32,000 nucleotides of DNA from Megasphaera elsdenii DSM 20460 (GCF_003010495.1 NZ_CP027570.1:690001-722000); one strand, 5' to 3'; counted from the stretch's first letter, positions 15,559-24,441 are shown. Made by a program: numbers and translations. Notes: a model not told the origin generated them from the letters alone.

Positions 15559-15645
15559 AAGTTTGATGTGAGAAGTTTGATGTTTGATGTAGATGGGTTT
15601 AAATATATGCCTACCACATCAAACTTCAAACTTAAAACATCAATC
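15559..15645 (+). repeat. Heptamer-built imperfect palindrome, copy B
   Basis: The left arm is GTTTGAT GTGAGAA GTTTGAT GTTTGAT GTAGATG, the loop is TTTAAATATATG and the right arm is CACATCAAACTTCAAACTTAAAACATCAATC. About 30 of 37 arm positions are complementary, and it has the same orientation as copy A. Confidence 0.65.
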
Positions 15646-15913
15646 ATTCTATGATTTTTGCCTTGAAAACCAGGGCTACGTCGGCATCGGAGCAGCAGAA
15701 TTCGGCTTCGCCTTCGGGCTGGCCCGGAAGCTGGCCGCCATAGCGCAAGATATCGACATAAGGAAAGGCACAGTGCAGAGCCATGGGGCAGATTTTTCCC
15801 CGGTCCGTATCATAATCAAACGTCTCCCCGATGTGATGGCCGCGATGGCAGCCCATAGTCCCCAGTTTTCCAATAATCGTGAGCTGGATAGCTGGTCGTT
15901 TCCCTCGTGACAT
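15644..15913 (-). CDS. Small Cys/His-rich protein (TIGR04076-like family)
   Basis: I start it at ATG 15913 (AAAGGAGAA RBS), giving 89 aa: MSRGKRPAIQLTIIGKLGTMGCHRGHHIGETFDYDTDRGKICPMALHCAFPYVDILRYGG. The family assignment is from memory of this motif pattern. Confidence 0.7.
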   Translation of the reverse strand: MSRGKRPAIQLTIIGKLGTMGCHRGHHIGETFDYDTDRGKICPMALHCAFPYVDILRYGGQLPGQPEGEAEFCCSDADVALVFKAKIIE

Positions 15914-16054
15914 GGTGTTCTCCTTTATGGACAAGTAAGCGGAAGTTGTCGCATTAAGCCATTGACCTTCGTGCGGCAACTCTATTTCACATGGTAGGGC
16001 TTACCACGTGTAAGCCCCTACAAACGTAGCTTCGATTCCTACGAGTATGGCAGG

Positions 16055-16822
16055 TTATGGAATCCCAAAGAGCCGCTTGGCATTTTCCGTGGTTACACGC
16101 GCTACTTCGGCGGCGTCGAGGCCCCGCAGGGCGGCGATTTCTTCGGCGACGTAATGAACGTAGGCCGGTTCGTTTCGCTGGCCGCGATGGGCCTGGGGCG
16201 TCAAGTACGGACAGTCCGTTTCGATGAGCATGCGCTCCAAGGGCAGGTGGGCGGCGACGCGCTTGGCCCGCTTGGAGTTCGGATAGGTCAAGGGCCCGTC
16301 GAAGCCGAAATAGAAGCCCATGCGCAGCAGTTCGTCCGTCATTTCCAAGCTGCCCGAATAGCAGTGGAAGACGCCGCGAAGGCCCTTGCCGTACTGGCGC
16401 AGGATATCCAGCGTATCGCCATGGGCTTCGCGGTCATGGATGATGATGGGCACGTCGAGTTCGACAGCCAGCTTGACCATGTCGATGAAGACGGCCTGCT
16501 GGATATCCCGGGCCGGTTCGGGCCAGTGATAATCCAGACCGACTTCGCCGACGGCAACGACTTTTTCTTCCGCCCGTATCCATTGACGCAGCTTTTCGAC
16601 ATCGCCGTCCTGGGCCTTGGCCGCTTCTTCGGGATGGATACCGACGGCCGCATAGAGGCCATCGTGTTCCCTGGCCATGGCGATGCACTGAGCTGAAGTT
16701 TCCATATCCGTCGCCGGGCAGAGCATGAGGCCCACGCCGGCAGCGGCCGCCCGGTCGAATACGGCCGGACGGTCTTCTGCGTAGGCACCGTCATTGACGT
16801 GGCAATGGGTATCGAAGAGCAT
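16055..16822 (-). CDS. tatD: TatD-family metal-dependent hydrolase/DNase
   Basis: MLFDTHCHV and the downstream His/Asp ligand motifs (IIHDREAH, GVFHCYSG, ETDCPYL). The start overlaps the metG stop (TGATG). Confidence 0.9.
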   Translation of the reverse strand: MLFDTHCHVNDGAYAEDRPAVFDRAAAAGVGLMLCPATDMETSAQCIAMAREHDGLYAAVGIHPEEAAKAQDGDVEKLRQWIRAEEKVVAVGEVGLDYHWPEPARDIQQAVFIDMVKLAVELDVPIIIHDREAHGDTLDILRQYGKGLRGVFHCYSGSLEMTDELLRMGFYFGFDGPLTYPNSKRAKRVAAHLPLERMLIETDCPYLTPQAHRGQRNEPAYVHYVAEEIAALRGLDAAEVARVTTENAKRLFGIP

Positions 16823-18759
16823 CAGCGGACCCGGCTTCCCGGTGCCATGCCGTCGACGAAAGCGACCTGGAGGTTATCATTGCCGTCAGAAGCGGCCAGG
16901 AGCATGCCTTTCGATTCGACGCCGCAGAGTTTGACCGGTTTCAAGTTGGTGACGACGATGACGCAGTGGCCGATGAGGTCTTCCGGCTTGTAGTACAGGG
17001 AAATGCCGCTGACGATCTGGCGCGTTTCCGTACCGAGGTCGATCTGCAGTTTCAGGAGTTTCTTCGCCTTCTTTACTTTTTCACAGGCTACGATTTTGCC
17101 GACGCGGAGGTCACTCTTGGCGAAATCGTCAATCGTGATTTCCGGCTTCGTCGGTTCTTTGGCAGCCGGGCAGGCCTGAGCGGCTTTCTTTTCTTCTTCC
17201 GCTTCAGCCACTTCTTCCTTCAAGTCATAGCGCGGGAAGAGAGCGCGGCCTTTGCAGACTTTCGTATCTGCCGGATAGCGGCCCCATTCCTGAGCAGACG
17301 CCAAATCAGCGTCCTTGAAGTCGCCGAGGCCGAGCTGCTGCCACATTTCTTCGGCGCTGGCCGGGATGAAGGGGCTGACTAAAGTGGCGATGATGCGCTG
17401 TGCTTCCAGGAGATTGTACAGGACCGTCTGCAGGCGCTGGGCTTTGGCTTCGTCTTTGGCCAGGACCCACGGCGTCGTTTCGTCGATGTATTTGTTGCTG
17501 CGGCGGATGAGGGCCCAGACGTCGTTGATGGCGTCGTTGATCTTCATGTCGTCCATGTACGTTTCAAAGCGTTTGGCCGTTTCCACAGCACACGCTGCCA
17601 AGTCGTCATCGACGGGTTCTTTCACGGTCGGACCGGCAGCGACGCCGCCTTCGTATTTTTCGACCATGGCCAGGGTGCGCTGCAAGAGGTTGCCCAAGTC
17701 GTTGGCCAGGTCAGAATTGATGCGATTGATGAACGACGGCAACGAGAAGTTGCCATCCTGGCCGAGACGGATTTCCTTCAGCAGGTAGTAACGGAGGGCA
17801 TCGGCACCATAGCGGTCGATGAGGGGAATCGGGTCGACGACGTTGCCCAGGGACTTACTCATCTTGGTACCGTCGACGATGAGCCAGCCGTGACCGAAGA
17901 CTTTCTTCGGCAAAGGCAGGCCGCAGCTCATGAGCATGATCGGCCAGATGATGCTGTGGAAGCGGACGATTTCCTTGCCGACCAGGTGCAGGTCAGCCGG
18001 CCAGAATTTCTTGAATTTTTCCGGGTCATCGAGATAGCCGGCGGCCGTGACGTAGTTGACCAGGGCGTCGAACCAGACGTAGACGACGTGTTTCGGGTCC
18101 CAGGGAACCTTGATGCCCCAATCGAAGGACGTACGGGATACACAGAGGTCTTCCAGGCCGCTCTTGACGAAGGAAATCATTTCATTGCGCCGCGATTCCG
18201 GCTGGATGAAGTCCGGGTTTTCGTCGATGAATTTCAGCCAGCGGTCGGCGTATTTATTCATTTTCAGGAAATAGGCTTCTTCGGAAACGAGTTCCAGAGG
18301 ACGGCCGCAGTCCGGGCAGACGTGTTTGCCTTCAGGCAGCTTGTTCTCCGGCCAGAACGTTTCGCACGGCGTACAGTACCAGCCCTTGTATTCGCCTTTG
18401 TAGATATCGCCGTTGTCGTAGGATTTCTGCATCAAAGCCTGGACGACTTTTTCATGGCGTTTTTCCGTCGTGCGGATGAAGTCATCATTGGAGATATTAA
18501 GTTTTTTCCAGAGCTGCTGGAAGAGGGCGACGATTTCGTCGACGTATTCAATCGGTTTTACGCCTTTTGCTTCGGCTGCACGCTGGATTTTCTGGCCGTG
18601 TTCATCAGAGCCGGTCAGGAAAAAGACGTCGTCGCCGCGCAGGCGGTGGAACCGTGCCAGCGAGTCGGCAATGGTCGTGCAGTACGTGTGCCCGATGTGA
18701 AGTTTGGCACTTGGATAGTAAATAGGTGTTGTAATGTAATACTTTCTTTTTTCAGACAT
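16822..18759 (-). CDS. metG: Methionine--tRNA ligase with C-terminal tRNA-binding (EMAP-like) domain
   Basis: Class I motifs PSAKLHIGH and KMSKSLGN, a Zn knuckle CPDCGRP, and a C-terminal LRVGKIVACEKV...LKLQIDLG OB fold. AGGAGGAA RBS. Confidence 0.95.
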   Translation of the reverse strand: MSEKRKYYITTPIYYPSAKLHIGHTYCTTIADSLARFHRLRGDDVFFLTGSDEHGQKIQRAAEAKGVKPIEYVDEIVALFQQLWKKLNISNDDFIRTTEKRHEKVVQALMQKSYDNGDIYKGEYKGWYCTPCETFWPENKLPEGKHVCPDCGRPLELVSEEAYFLKMNKYADRWLKFIDENPDFIQPESRRNEMISFVKSGLEDLCVSRTSFDWGIKVPWDPKHVVYVWFDALVNYVTAAGYLDDPEKFKKFWPADLHLVGKEIVRFHSIIWPIMLMSCGLPLPKKVFGHGWLIVDGTKMSKSLGNVVDPIPLIDRYGADALRYYLLKEIRLGQDGNFSLPSFINRINSDLANDLGNLLQRTLAMVEKYEGGVAAGPTVKEPVDDDLAACAVETAKRFETYMDDMKINDAINDVWALIRRSNKYIDETTPWVLAKDEAKAQRLQTVLYNLLEAQRIIATLVSPFIPASAEEMWQQLGLGDFKDADLASAQEWGRYPADTKVCKGRALFPRYDLKEEVAEAEEEKKAAQACPAAKEPTKPEITIDDFAKSDLRVGKIVACEKVKKAKKLLKLQIDLGTETRQIVSGISLYYKPEDLIGHCVIVVTNLKPVKLCGVESKGMLLAASDGNDNLQVAFVDGMAPGSRVR

Positions 18760-18795
18760 GGGATTTTCCTCCTATACCGGCAAATGAGCCGGGTG

Positions 18796-19638
18796 TTATA
18801 AACTAAGCGCAGCCTGGTATACACTACGTTTGGGCACGCCGCACCGTCTGGCGACAGTCCGGATAGCCTCTTTTTTATCGACGCCCTGTTCCATCAGTTC
18901 CCGGACCAGGGACGCGTAATCGACGTCGCCGGAAGCAGCCCTTTCCACAGCCGCTGCCCCTTCGACGAGGATGACAAATTCACCGCGGGTCCCTTGTGCG
19001 GCCAGGTCGGCCCGCAGCTGGCTGAGACTGCCGCGCAGGTACTGCTCGTACCGCTTGGTCAGTTCCCGGCAGAGGACGGCCCGGCGGTCGCCCAGGACTT
19101 CGATCATTTCGCCGAGGACCTGCTGGATGCGGTGAGGCGCTTCATAAAAGATGAGCGTACCCTCGTACGATTTCACCGATTCCAGGACGGGCAGGCGGTG
19201 TTTCTGGGTCTTCGGCAGGAAGCCGACGAAGGTAAAGCGCGTCGTATCCATACCGGACGCAATGAGGCCGGTCAGACCGGCATTGGCTCCGGGAAGGGGT
19301 ACGATAGGCAGATCGGCTTCCAGAGCCAGGCGGACCATATCGCTGCCAGGGTCACAGATAGCCGGCATACCGGCATCGCTGACCAGCGCGATCATCAAGC
19401 CGTCTTTCAATTTTTCAATGAGTTGCGGCCCTTTTTCTGCCTTATTATGTTCATGATAGCTGGTCAAGGGCGTGTCGATATCATACGCCATGAGCAGCTG
19501 CTTCGTGTGACGCGTATCTTCTGCCGCAATGAGGTCGGCTTCACGGAGACAGCGGACCGTGCGGTACGTAATGTCCTCGAGATTGCCAATCGGCGTCGGG
19601 CAAAGATAGAGCGTCCCTTTTTGAAAAATTTCTGGCAT
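18796..19638 (-). CDS. rsmI: 16S rRNA (cytidine1402-2'-O)-methyltransferase
   Basis: GTLYLCPTPIGNLEDITYRTVRCLREADLIAAEDTRHT. I start it at ATG 19638 (GGAGGAG RBS); the track start at 19692 adds 18 aa with no RBS. Confidence 0.9.
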   Translation of the reverse strand: MPEIFQKGTLYLCPTPIGNLEDITYRTVRCLREADLIAAEDTRHTKQLLMAYDIDTPLTSYHEHNKAEKGPQLIEKLKDGLMIALVSDAGMPAICDPGSDMVRLALEADLPIVPLPGANAGLTGLIASGMDTTRFTFVGFLPKTQKHRLPVLESVKSYEGTLIFYEAPHRIQQVLGEMIEVLGDRRAVLCRELTKRYEQYLRGSLSQLRADLAAQGTRGEFVILVEGAAAVERAASGDVDYASLVRELMEQGVDKKEAIRTVARRCGVPKRSVYQAALSL

Positions 19639-19700
19639 TGTTTCTCCTCCAAAATCATGAACATGGGATTCCCACAAGCGGGCGCCCCACATGGGCGCCC

Positions 19701-20435
19701 CTACAGCTTCCCGTACAGCTTATTCACGGCGTCGCTGTAGCTTCCGTCCGGGTTGTGGACGATGAGCGGCGGCAGGACATCCAGCCCCTTACTGCCGCCG
19801 CGGATGCCCTCGATGAGGAAGAGCTTTGCCTTCTTATCAGGCCGGCCATGGACCATCTGCAGGACTTTCGGTTCGATATCGTGGGCGCGCATGGCTTCCA
19901 GGATATCGGCCAGGCGTTCCGTGATATGGACCATACGGAAACGGCCGTGATATTTCAGGGCATACTTCACGGCATCGAGGACGTCGCCGAGGGTCGCCGT
20001 CTCTTCATGGCAGGCCCGGCGGATGCCGTCGACGTCGCTATAGGCGCCGCGGCTCTTTTCGCGGTACGGCGGATTAGCGTAAACAGCGGCAAAAGCACCG
20101 CTTTCCGCCCATTCGCGAATACGGCGGTAATCGCCTTCAACGATGGCAATACGGTCGTCCCGGCCATTGAGGGCCACATTGCGGCGGGCAATATCGGCCA
20201 TGACAGGATTAAATTCCACTGCCGTCAGCTTCTTTGCGCCGCGAGCCGTCAAGATGAGGGGGATAGCCGCCGTCCCCGTTCCCAAGTCCAGAGCCGGACC
20301 GTGGGGTACGGTACCGAAATGGGCCAAGAGGACCGTATCCAGGGAAAAGCAGAATTGGTCATCGCGCTGGATGACCTTCATGCCGTCCAGGACCAGGTCG
20401 TCCAACCGTTCGTGCGGGCCTAACTCAATGTTCAT
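19701..20435 (-). CDS. SAM-dependent methyltransferase, YabB/YfiC-type tRNA (adenine-N6) methyltransferase
   Basis: SAM motif DLGTGTAAIPL and NPPY motif VYANPPY. Its position matches B. subtilis yabB. The start is uncertain: ATG 20435 (MNIELGPHERL) overlaps the upstream stop, and 20468 is the alternative. Confidence 0.8.
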   Translation of the reverse strand: MNIELGPHERLDDLVLDGMKVIQRDDQFCFSLDTVLLAHFGTVPHGPALDLGTGTAAIPLILTARGAKKLTAVEFNPVMADIARRNVALNGRDDRIAIVEGDYRRIREWAESGAFAAVYANPPYREKSRGAYSDVDGIRRACHEETATLGDVLDAVKYALKYHGRFRMVHITERLADILEAMRAHDIEPKVLQMVHGRPDKKAKLFLIEGIRGGSKGLDVLPPLIVHNPDGSYSDAVNKLYGKL

Positions 20436-21270
20436 GTTCTGTTTCCCCGACGTCCGACCAGGGGACATTGATATTGTGCCCCGATTCGAGCTGGACCTTG
20501 ACTGTATGGTCTTTCATGTGGACCCGCAGGACCGTACCGACGCCTTCATCGGTCATGACCCGTTTGCCCACAGCCGGCGGCTTCTGCTGTTCGCTGCACT
20601 TCTGCTGGCAGTTGCAGCACTTCAGTTCCCCTGACGTATAGAGCTGGTTTTCATAGCGCAGGCAGCACATGAGGCGGCCGCAGATCCCGGAAATCTTGGT
20701 CGGATTGAGGGACATGCCCTGGCCCTTGGCCATGCGGATGGAAACGGGCTTGAAGTCGCCCAGGAAGGTGGCACAGCACAGGGGCCGGCCGCAGCAGCCG
20801 ATGCCGCCGATCATCTTGGCTTCATCGCGCAGGCCGATCTGGCGCAGTTCGATGCGCGTGCGGAAGACCGAGGCCAAGTCGCGGACGAGTTCGCGGAAGT
20901 CGATGCGGCCGTCAGCCGTGAAGAAAAAGATGATCTTGCCCATATCGAAGGTATAGTCGACATCGATGAGCTTCATGGGCAGCTTATGCTTGGCAATCTT
21001 CGCCAGGCAGATGCCGAAGGCCTTCTTTTCCCGTTCCTTATTCTTTTCTACCTGGCGGAAATCCTTAGCCGTCGCCTTGCGGATAATCGGCTTCAGCGGC
21101 TGGACCACCTCCGACGAATCGACACTGCGCGGCGCAATGACGACATGGCCAAATTCCATGCCCCGTGCCGTTTCGACGATGACGCCGTCATCCAGTTTGA
21201 GTTCGATAGTGGCGGGGTCGAAATAGTATATCTTTCCGGCAGGTTTAAAACGTACACCTACAACGATCAT
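20425..21270 (-). CDS. ricT: PSP1-domain regulatory protein RicT (YaaT)
   Basis: MIVVGVRFKPAGKIYYFD, with Cys clusters CCGRPLCC and GICGRLMCCLRYE. The ATG at 21270 overlaps the holB stop and has a GAGGAGGA RBS. Confidence 0.85.
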   Translation of the reverse strand: MIVVGVRFKPAGKIYYFDPATIELKLDDGVIVETARGMEFGHVVIAPRSVDSSEVVQPLKPIIRKATAKDFRQVEKNKEREKKAFGICLAKIAKHKLPMKLIDVDYTFDMGKIIFFFTADGRIDFRELVRDLASVFRTRIELRQIGLRDEAKMIGGIGCCGRPLCCATFLGDFKPVSIRMAKGQGMSLNPTKISGICGRLMCCLRYENQLYTSGELKCCNCQQKCSEQQKPPAVGKRVMTDEGVGTVLRVHMKDHTVKVQLESGHNINVPWSDVGETEHEH

Positions 21271-22256
21271 TAAAATCCTCCTCTGAGCCGTATCGCCCGG
21301 ATGCATACATAATCCCAGACGAGGCGGACGTTGACGTGGCGCGACACCGCTTCCAGGCCTTCATCGAGGACCTGGGACAGGCCAAAGACGGCGTCATCCG
21401 TCCAATACGGCAGTAATTCTGTCATTTCATGGATATATCCTTTTAAACGTATATAGTCCCGGCCGGCTCCGCTGCGCAGGACTGCCATATCGCGGAGAAA
21501 AAGGCTGATCCAGCCGAGGATCTCCGTCGTTTCCGTATCCGTCAGCACCGCCGATACGGCCAGCCATTTGGCATAGGGGCAGGCGTGTTTCGCCGTAATC
21601 GTCAAGAAGTCCAGGGCAAAATGGGCCTTATCCGTCCCCTGTCCCTCAAGATAGGACAAGACGGTCCGGACGATGCCGCCACCCCAGAGGATGGCTTCTT
21701 CCCAATTCCCGCCGTCGCCTTTCAGGCGCCGCAGGCCCTGGCGCATCTCCTCGTCGCTGACCGGATCGAAAGTGAAGCGGGCACAGCGGGAAATGATCGT
21801 CGGCAGCAGTAAATCGGGCTGGTCTGTAATCAAGATAAAGCAGACTCCCGACGGCGGCTCTTCCAAGATTTTCAGCATGCGGTTGGCAAATTCCGTATTC
21901 ATCGTTTCCACATGGTCGATGATACAGACCCGGCGATGGCCGGCTTCGCCCTGCAAGGCCAGTTCACCCTGGAGCTGGCGGAACTGGTCTACTTTCAGCA
22001 TGGCCCCCAGGGGAGCCAGATAGAAGGCATCGTCCTTATCACCGGCAACGGCTTCGCCTTCACGGCTGGCCAGGTCGGGAAAGACCCGGCGGCCGACCAG
22101 GGCCGACGCAACGGCTATGGCCATCATCGTCTTGCCGACACCGGCGGGACCGGCGAAAATCATGGCGTGCGGGACGCGGTCTTCGTCGATGAGGCGGGCG
22201 AACTGTTCTTTCAAACGGCCGTGGCCGATAATCGGATCAAACAGCGTCCTGTCCAT
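21270..22256 (-). CDS. holB: DNA polymerase III subunit delta'
   Basis: HAMIFAGPAGVGKT, CIIDHVETM, LKILEEPP and SRC motifs. AAGGGGGA RBS. Confidence 0.9.
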   Translation of the reverse strand: MDRTLFDPIIGHGRLKEQFARLIDEDRVPHAMIFAGPAGVGKTMMAIAVASALVGRRVFPDLASREGEAVAGDKDDAFYLAPLGAMLKVDQFRQLQGELALQGEAGHRRVCIIDHVETMNTEFANRMLKILEEPPSGVCFILITDQPDLLLPTIISRCARFTFDPVSDEEMRQGLRRLKGDGGNWEEAILWGGGIVRTVLSYLEGQGTDKAHFALDFLTITAKHACPYAKWLAVSAVLTDTETTEILGWISLFLRDMAVLRSGAGRDYIRLKGYIHEMTELLPYWTDDAVFGLSQVLDEGLEAVSRHVNVRLVWDYVCIRAIRLRGGF

Positions 22257-22313
22257 GAGTCGTCCCCCTTACGCCAATAAAATACCTTAACAATTAATTA
22301 TAAAAAAAATCCC

Positions 22314-22982
22314 TTATAAAGTAAATAGGAATCGGTATAAGTCTTGATGGATGGCCTCGGGCGTGCGCATGGCCCCGTCTTTTGTGCAGGCGATGCGCTG
22401 CCAGTGATAGCGTTCAGCCAGTTCGTCATAGGCGGCATGGCATTTGGCCAGGAAGCCCTCGTTCTTTTCGTGGATATCGCCGGTCTGTCCGCCGGTCTTG
22501 CCTGTCCGGTCCGCCATGAGCCGTTCCGTGACGGCCAGGGGAACGTCGAGCAGGAAGACCTTATCCGGGGCAGGCAGGCCCATTTTATGGAACTCAAAGT
22601 CTTCCAGCCAGGACAGATAGGCCCGGCGCTGGTCCGGGTCGTCGATCTTAATCATCTGATAGAGCATGTTACTCGTCGTATAGCGGTCGGCAATGACGAT
22701 ACCGCCTTGTTCATAAAAAGCCTTCCATTTCATCTGATACGATGCGAAGCGGTCGACGGCAAAAAAGGCCGACGCCGCATAGGGATTGACGGCGTCGGCA
22801 TCGCTGCCGAAATCGCCGCGCAGGTACATCTTGACCAGGGCGCTGGAATCGCTGTCATAGTCGGGATAGCTGACGGATTTCACGTCATAGCCGTCGCACT
22901 GCAAGTGTTCCGTCAGCAGCCGGGTCTGCGTCGCCTTGCCGCTGCCGTCGCCGCCTTCGATGATGAATAATTTACCTTTCAT
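22314..22982 (-). CDS. tmk: dTMP (thymidylate) kinase
   Basis: P-loop FIIEGGDGSGKATQ and DRY motif ADRYTTSN. GGAGGAG RBS. It overlaps the upstream gene by 11 nt. Confidence 0.95.
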   Translation of the reverse strand: MKGKLFIIEGGDGSGKATQTRLLTEHLQCDGYDVKSVSYPDYDSDSSALVKMYLRGDFGSDADAVNPYAASAFFAVDRFASYQMKWKAFYEQGGIVIADRYTTSNMLYQMIKIDDPDQRRAYLSWLEDFEFHKMGLPAPDKVFLLDVPLAVTERLMADRTGKTGGQTGDIHEKNEGFLAKCHAAYDELAERYHWQRIACTKDGAMRTPEAIHQDLYRFLFTL

Positions 22983-24441
22983 GGAACTCCTCCTTCAAGA
23001 CGCGGATCGTCGCCAAGGTTCCATCGGCCGGGCCGTTCGGCTTATAGCCATGGGCCATCTTTTGGCGGATATAGTCCTGGCAGGCTGCCGTAATTTCTTC
23101 GCCTAAAGTCAGGACCGGGATGCCTGGCGGATAAAAGGTCACATTTTCCACGGCGATGCGGCCGCGTGCCTCAGTGAAAGGCACGGCTTCTACGGGGCAG
23201 TTCCAGGCCTGGCGCGGCGCCATGACGACCTGCGGCGCCGGCAGGGCCTGTTCCCGGACCGTTCCGGCCGGGCAGAGACGGCGGCCTTGGGCAATCGTCC
23301 GGCAGGCCTCGACCAGGGCCTGGGCCGTTTCTTCCGTATCGCCCAGAGTAATCAGGGCCAGGACGTGATTGCCAGCGATGAGTTCCACTTCGAGGCCCTG
23401 CTGACGCAAGGCCCGTTCAGCCGTCACGCCGTCGAGGCCGATGCCGGAAAAGTCGATGGTAATCTTCGTTTCATCGAAGCCGCTGACGACTTTTCCGTCG
23501 ATGATTTCCCGTCCAAAAACGGTCAGTCCGGGAATCGCACGGATGGCATCCCGCACCGACCGGGCCAGTTCGAGGGCCCGGCCAATGAGACTGGGGCCTT
23601 CCAGAGCCAGCTGCTGGCGGGCGCTGTCCAGGGAAGCCAGGAACCAGTAATGGGGGCTCGTCGACTGGACGACAGCCATCGACGCGGCGACGCGGTCCGT
23701 CAGGGGAAAGTCCTTGCGGCAGTGCAGCATCGACGTCTGGGTCAGGGAACCGGCCATCTTATGGGTGCTCTGGGCGACGCAGTCGGCACCGCAGGCCAGG
23801 GCTTCTGCCGGCAAATCCCCGTGGAAGCCCAGATGGGCGCCATGAGCTTCGTCGACGAGGACATACAGGCCTTGTTCATGAGCATAGGCTGCCAGTGCCT
23901 TCAGGTTGCCGGCGATGCCATCGTAGGTCGGATAGGTGAAGACGGCGGCTTTCGCCCGGGGATGGGCTGCAACGGCTTTCTTCAAGCTGTCCAGGTCCGG
24001 TCCCAGCGACACTTGCCGGACCGCATCGAAGCGGCTTTCCAGGTAGACCGGGACGGCGCCGCTCAAGACCAGGCCATTGATGACGCTCTTATGGGCCTCG
24101 CGGGGAATGAGGATTTCATCGCCATCGCCGCAGACAGCCAGGATCATGGCTTCGATACAGGCCGTCGTGCCGTTGATGGAAAAGAAAGTCCGCCCGGCAC
24201 CATAGAGGTCAGCTGCCAGGTCCATGGCTTCCTTCAGGGCTCCTCCCGGCTGGAATAAGTCATCCAGGGCATACATGACGCCCAAATCCCGCCGCAGGGC
24301 ATCGCCAAAGAGGCTGGCCTGATAGGCGGAAATGCCCTGTCCCAATTTGTGTCCCGGCGTATGATAGGCCTTCAGGTGCTGCTGGCAGTACCCTTCCAGG
24401 GCTTCGACAAAAGGCGCCCGTTCCTGTTTCTTCCTGTCCAT
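22972..24441 (-). CDS. PLP-dependent Orn/Lys/Arg decarboxylase-family protein (YaaO-like)
   Basis: The PLP-Lys context is STHKMAGSLTQ. Major and C-terminal decarboxylase domains are present. Its position upstream of tmk matches Bacillus. I start it at ATG 24441 (GAGGTG RBS). Confidence 0.85.
   Translation of the reverse strand: MDRKKQERAPFVEALEGYCQQHLKAYHTPGHKLGQGISAYQASLFGDALRRDLGVMYALDDLFQPGGALKEAMDLAADLYGAGRTFFSINGTTACIEAMILAVCGDGDEILIPREAHKSVINGLVLSGAVPVYLESRFDAVRQVSLGPDLDSLKKAVAAHPRAKAAVFTYPTYDGIAGNLKALAAYAHEQGLYVLVDEAHGAHLGFHGDLPAEALACGADCVAQSTHKMAGSLTQTSMLHCRKDFPLTDRVAASMAVVQSTSPHYWFLASLDSARQQLALEGPSLIGRALELARSVRDAIRAIPGLTVFGREIIDGKVVSGFDETKITIDFSGIGLDGVTAERALRQQGLEVELIAGNHVLALITLGDTEETAQALVEACRTIAQGRRLCPAGTVREQALPAPQVVMAPRQAWNCPVEAVPFTEARGRIAVENVTFYPPGIPVLTLGEEITAACQDYIRQKMAHGYKPNGPADGTLATIRVLKEEFHER

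Noticed and set aside
18760-18795. I looked for a T-box leader or terminator upstream of metG.
   Set aside because: Only 36 nt separate metG from the rsmI stop, which is far too short for a T-box. metG is evidently co-transcribed with rsmI.
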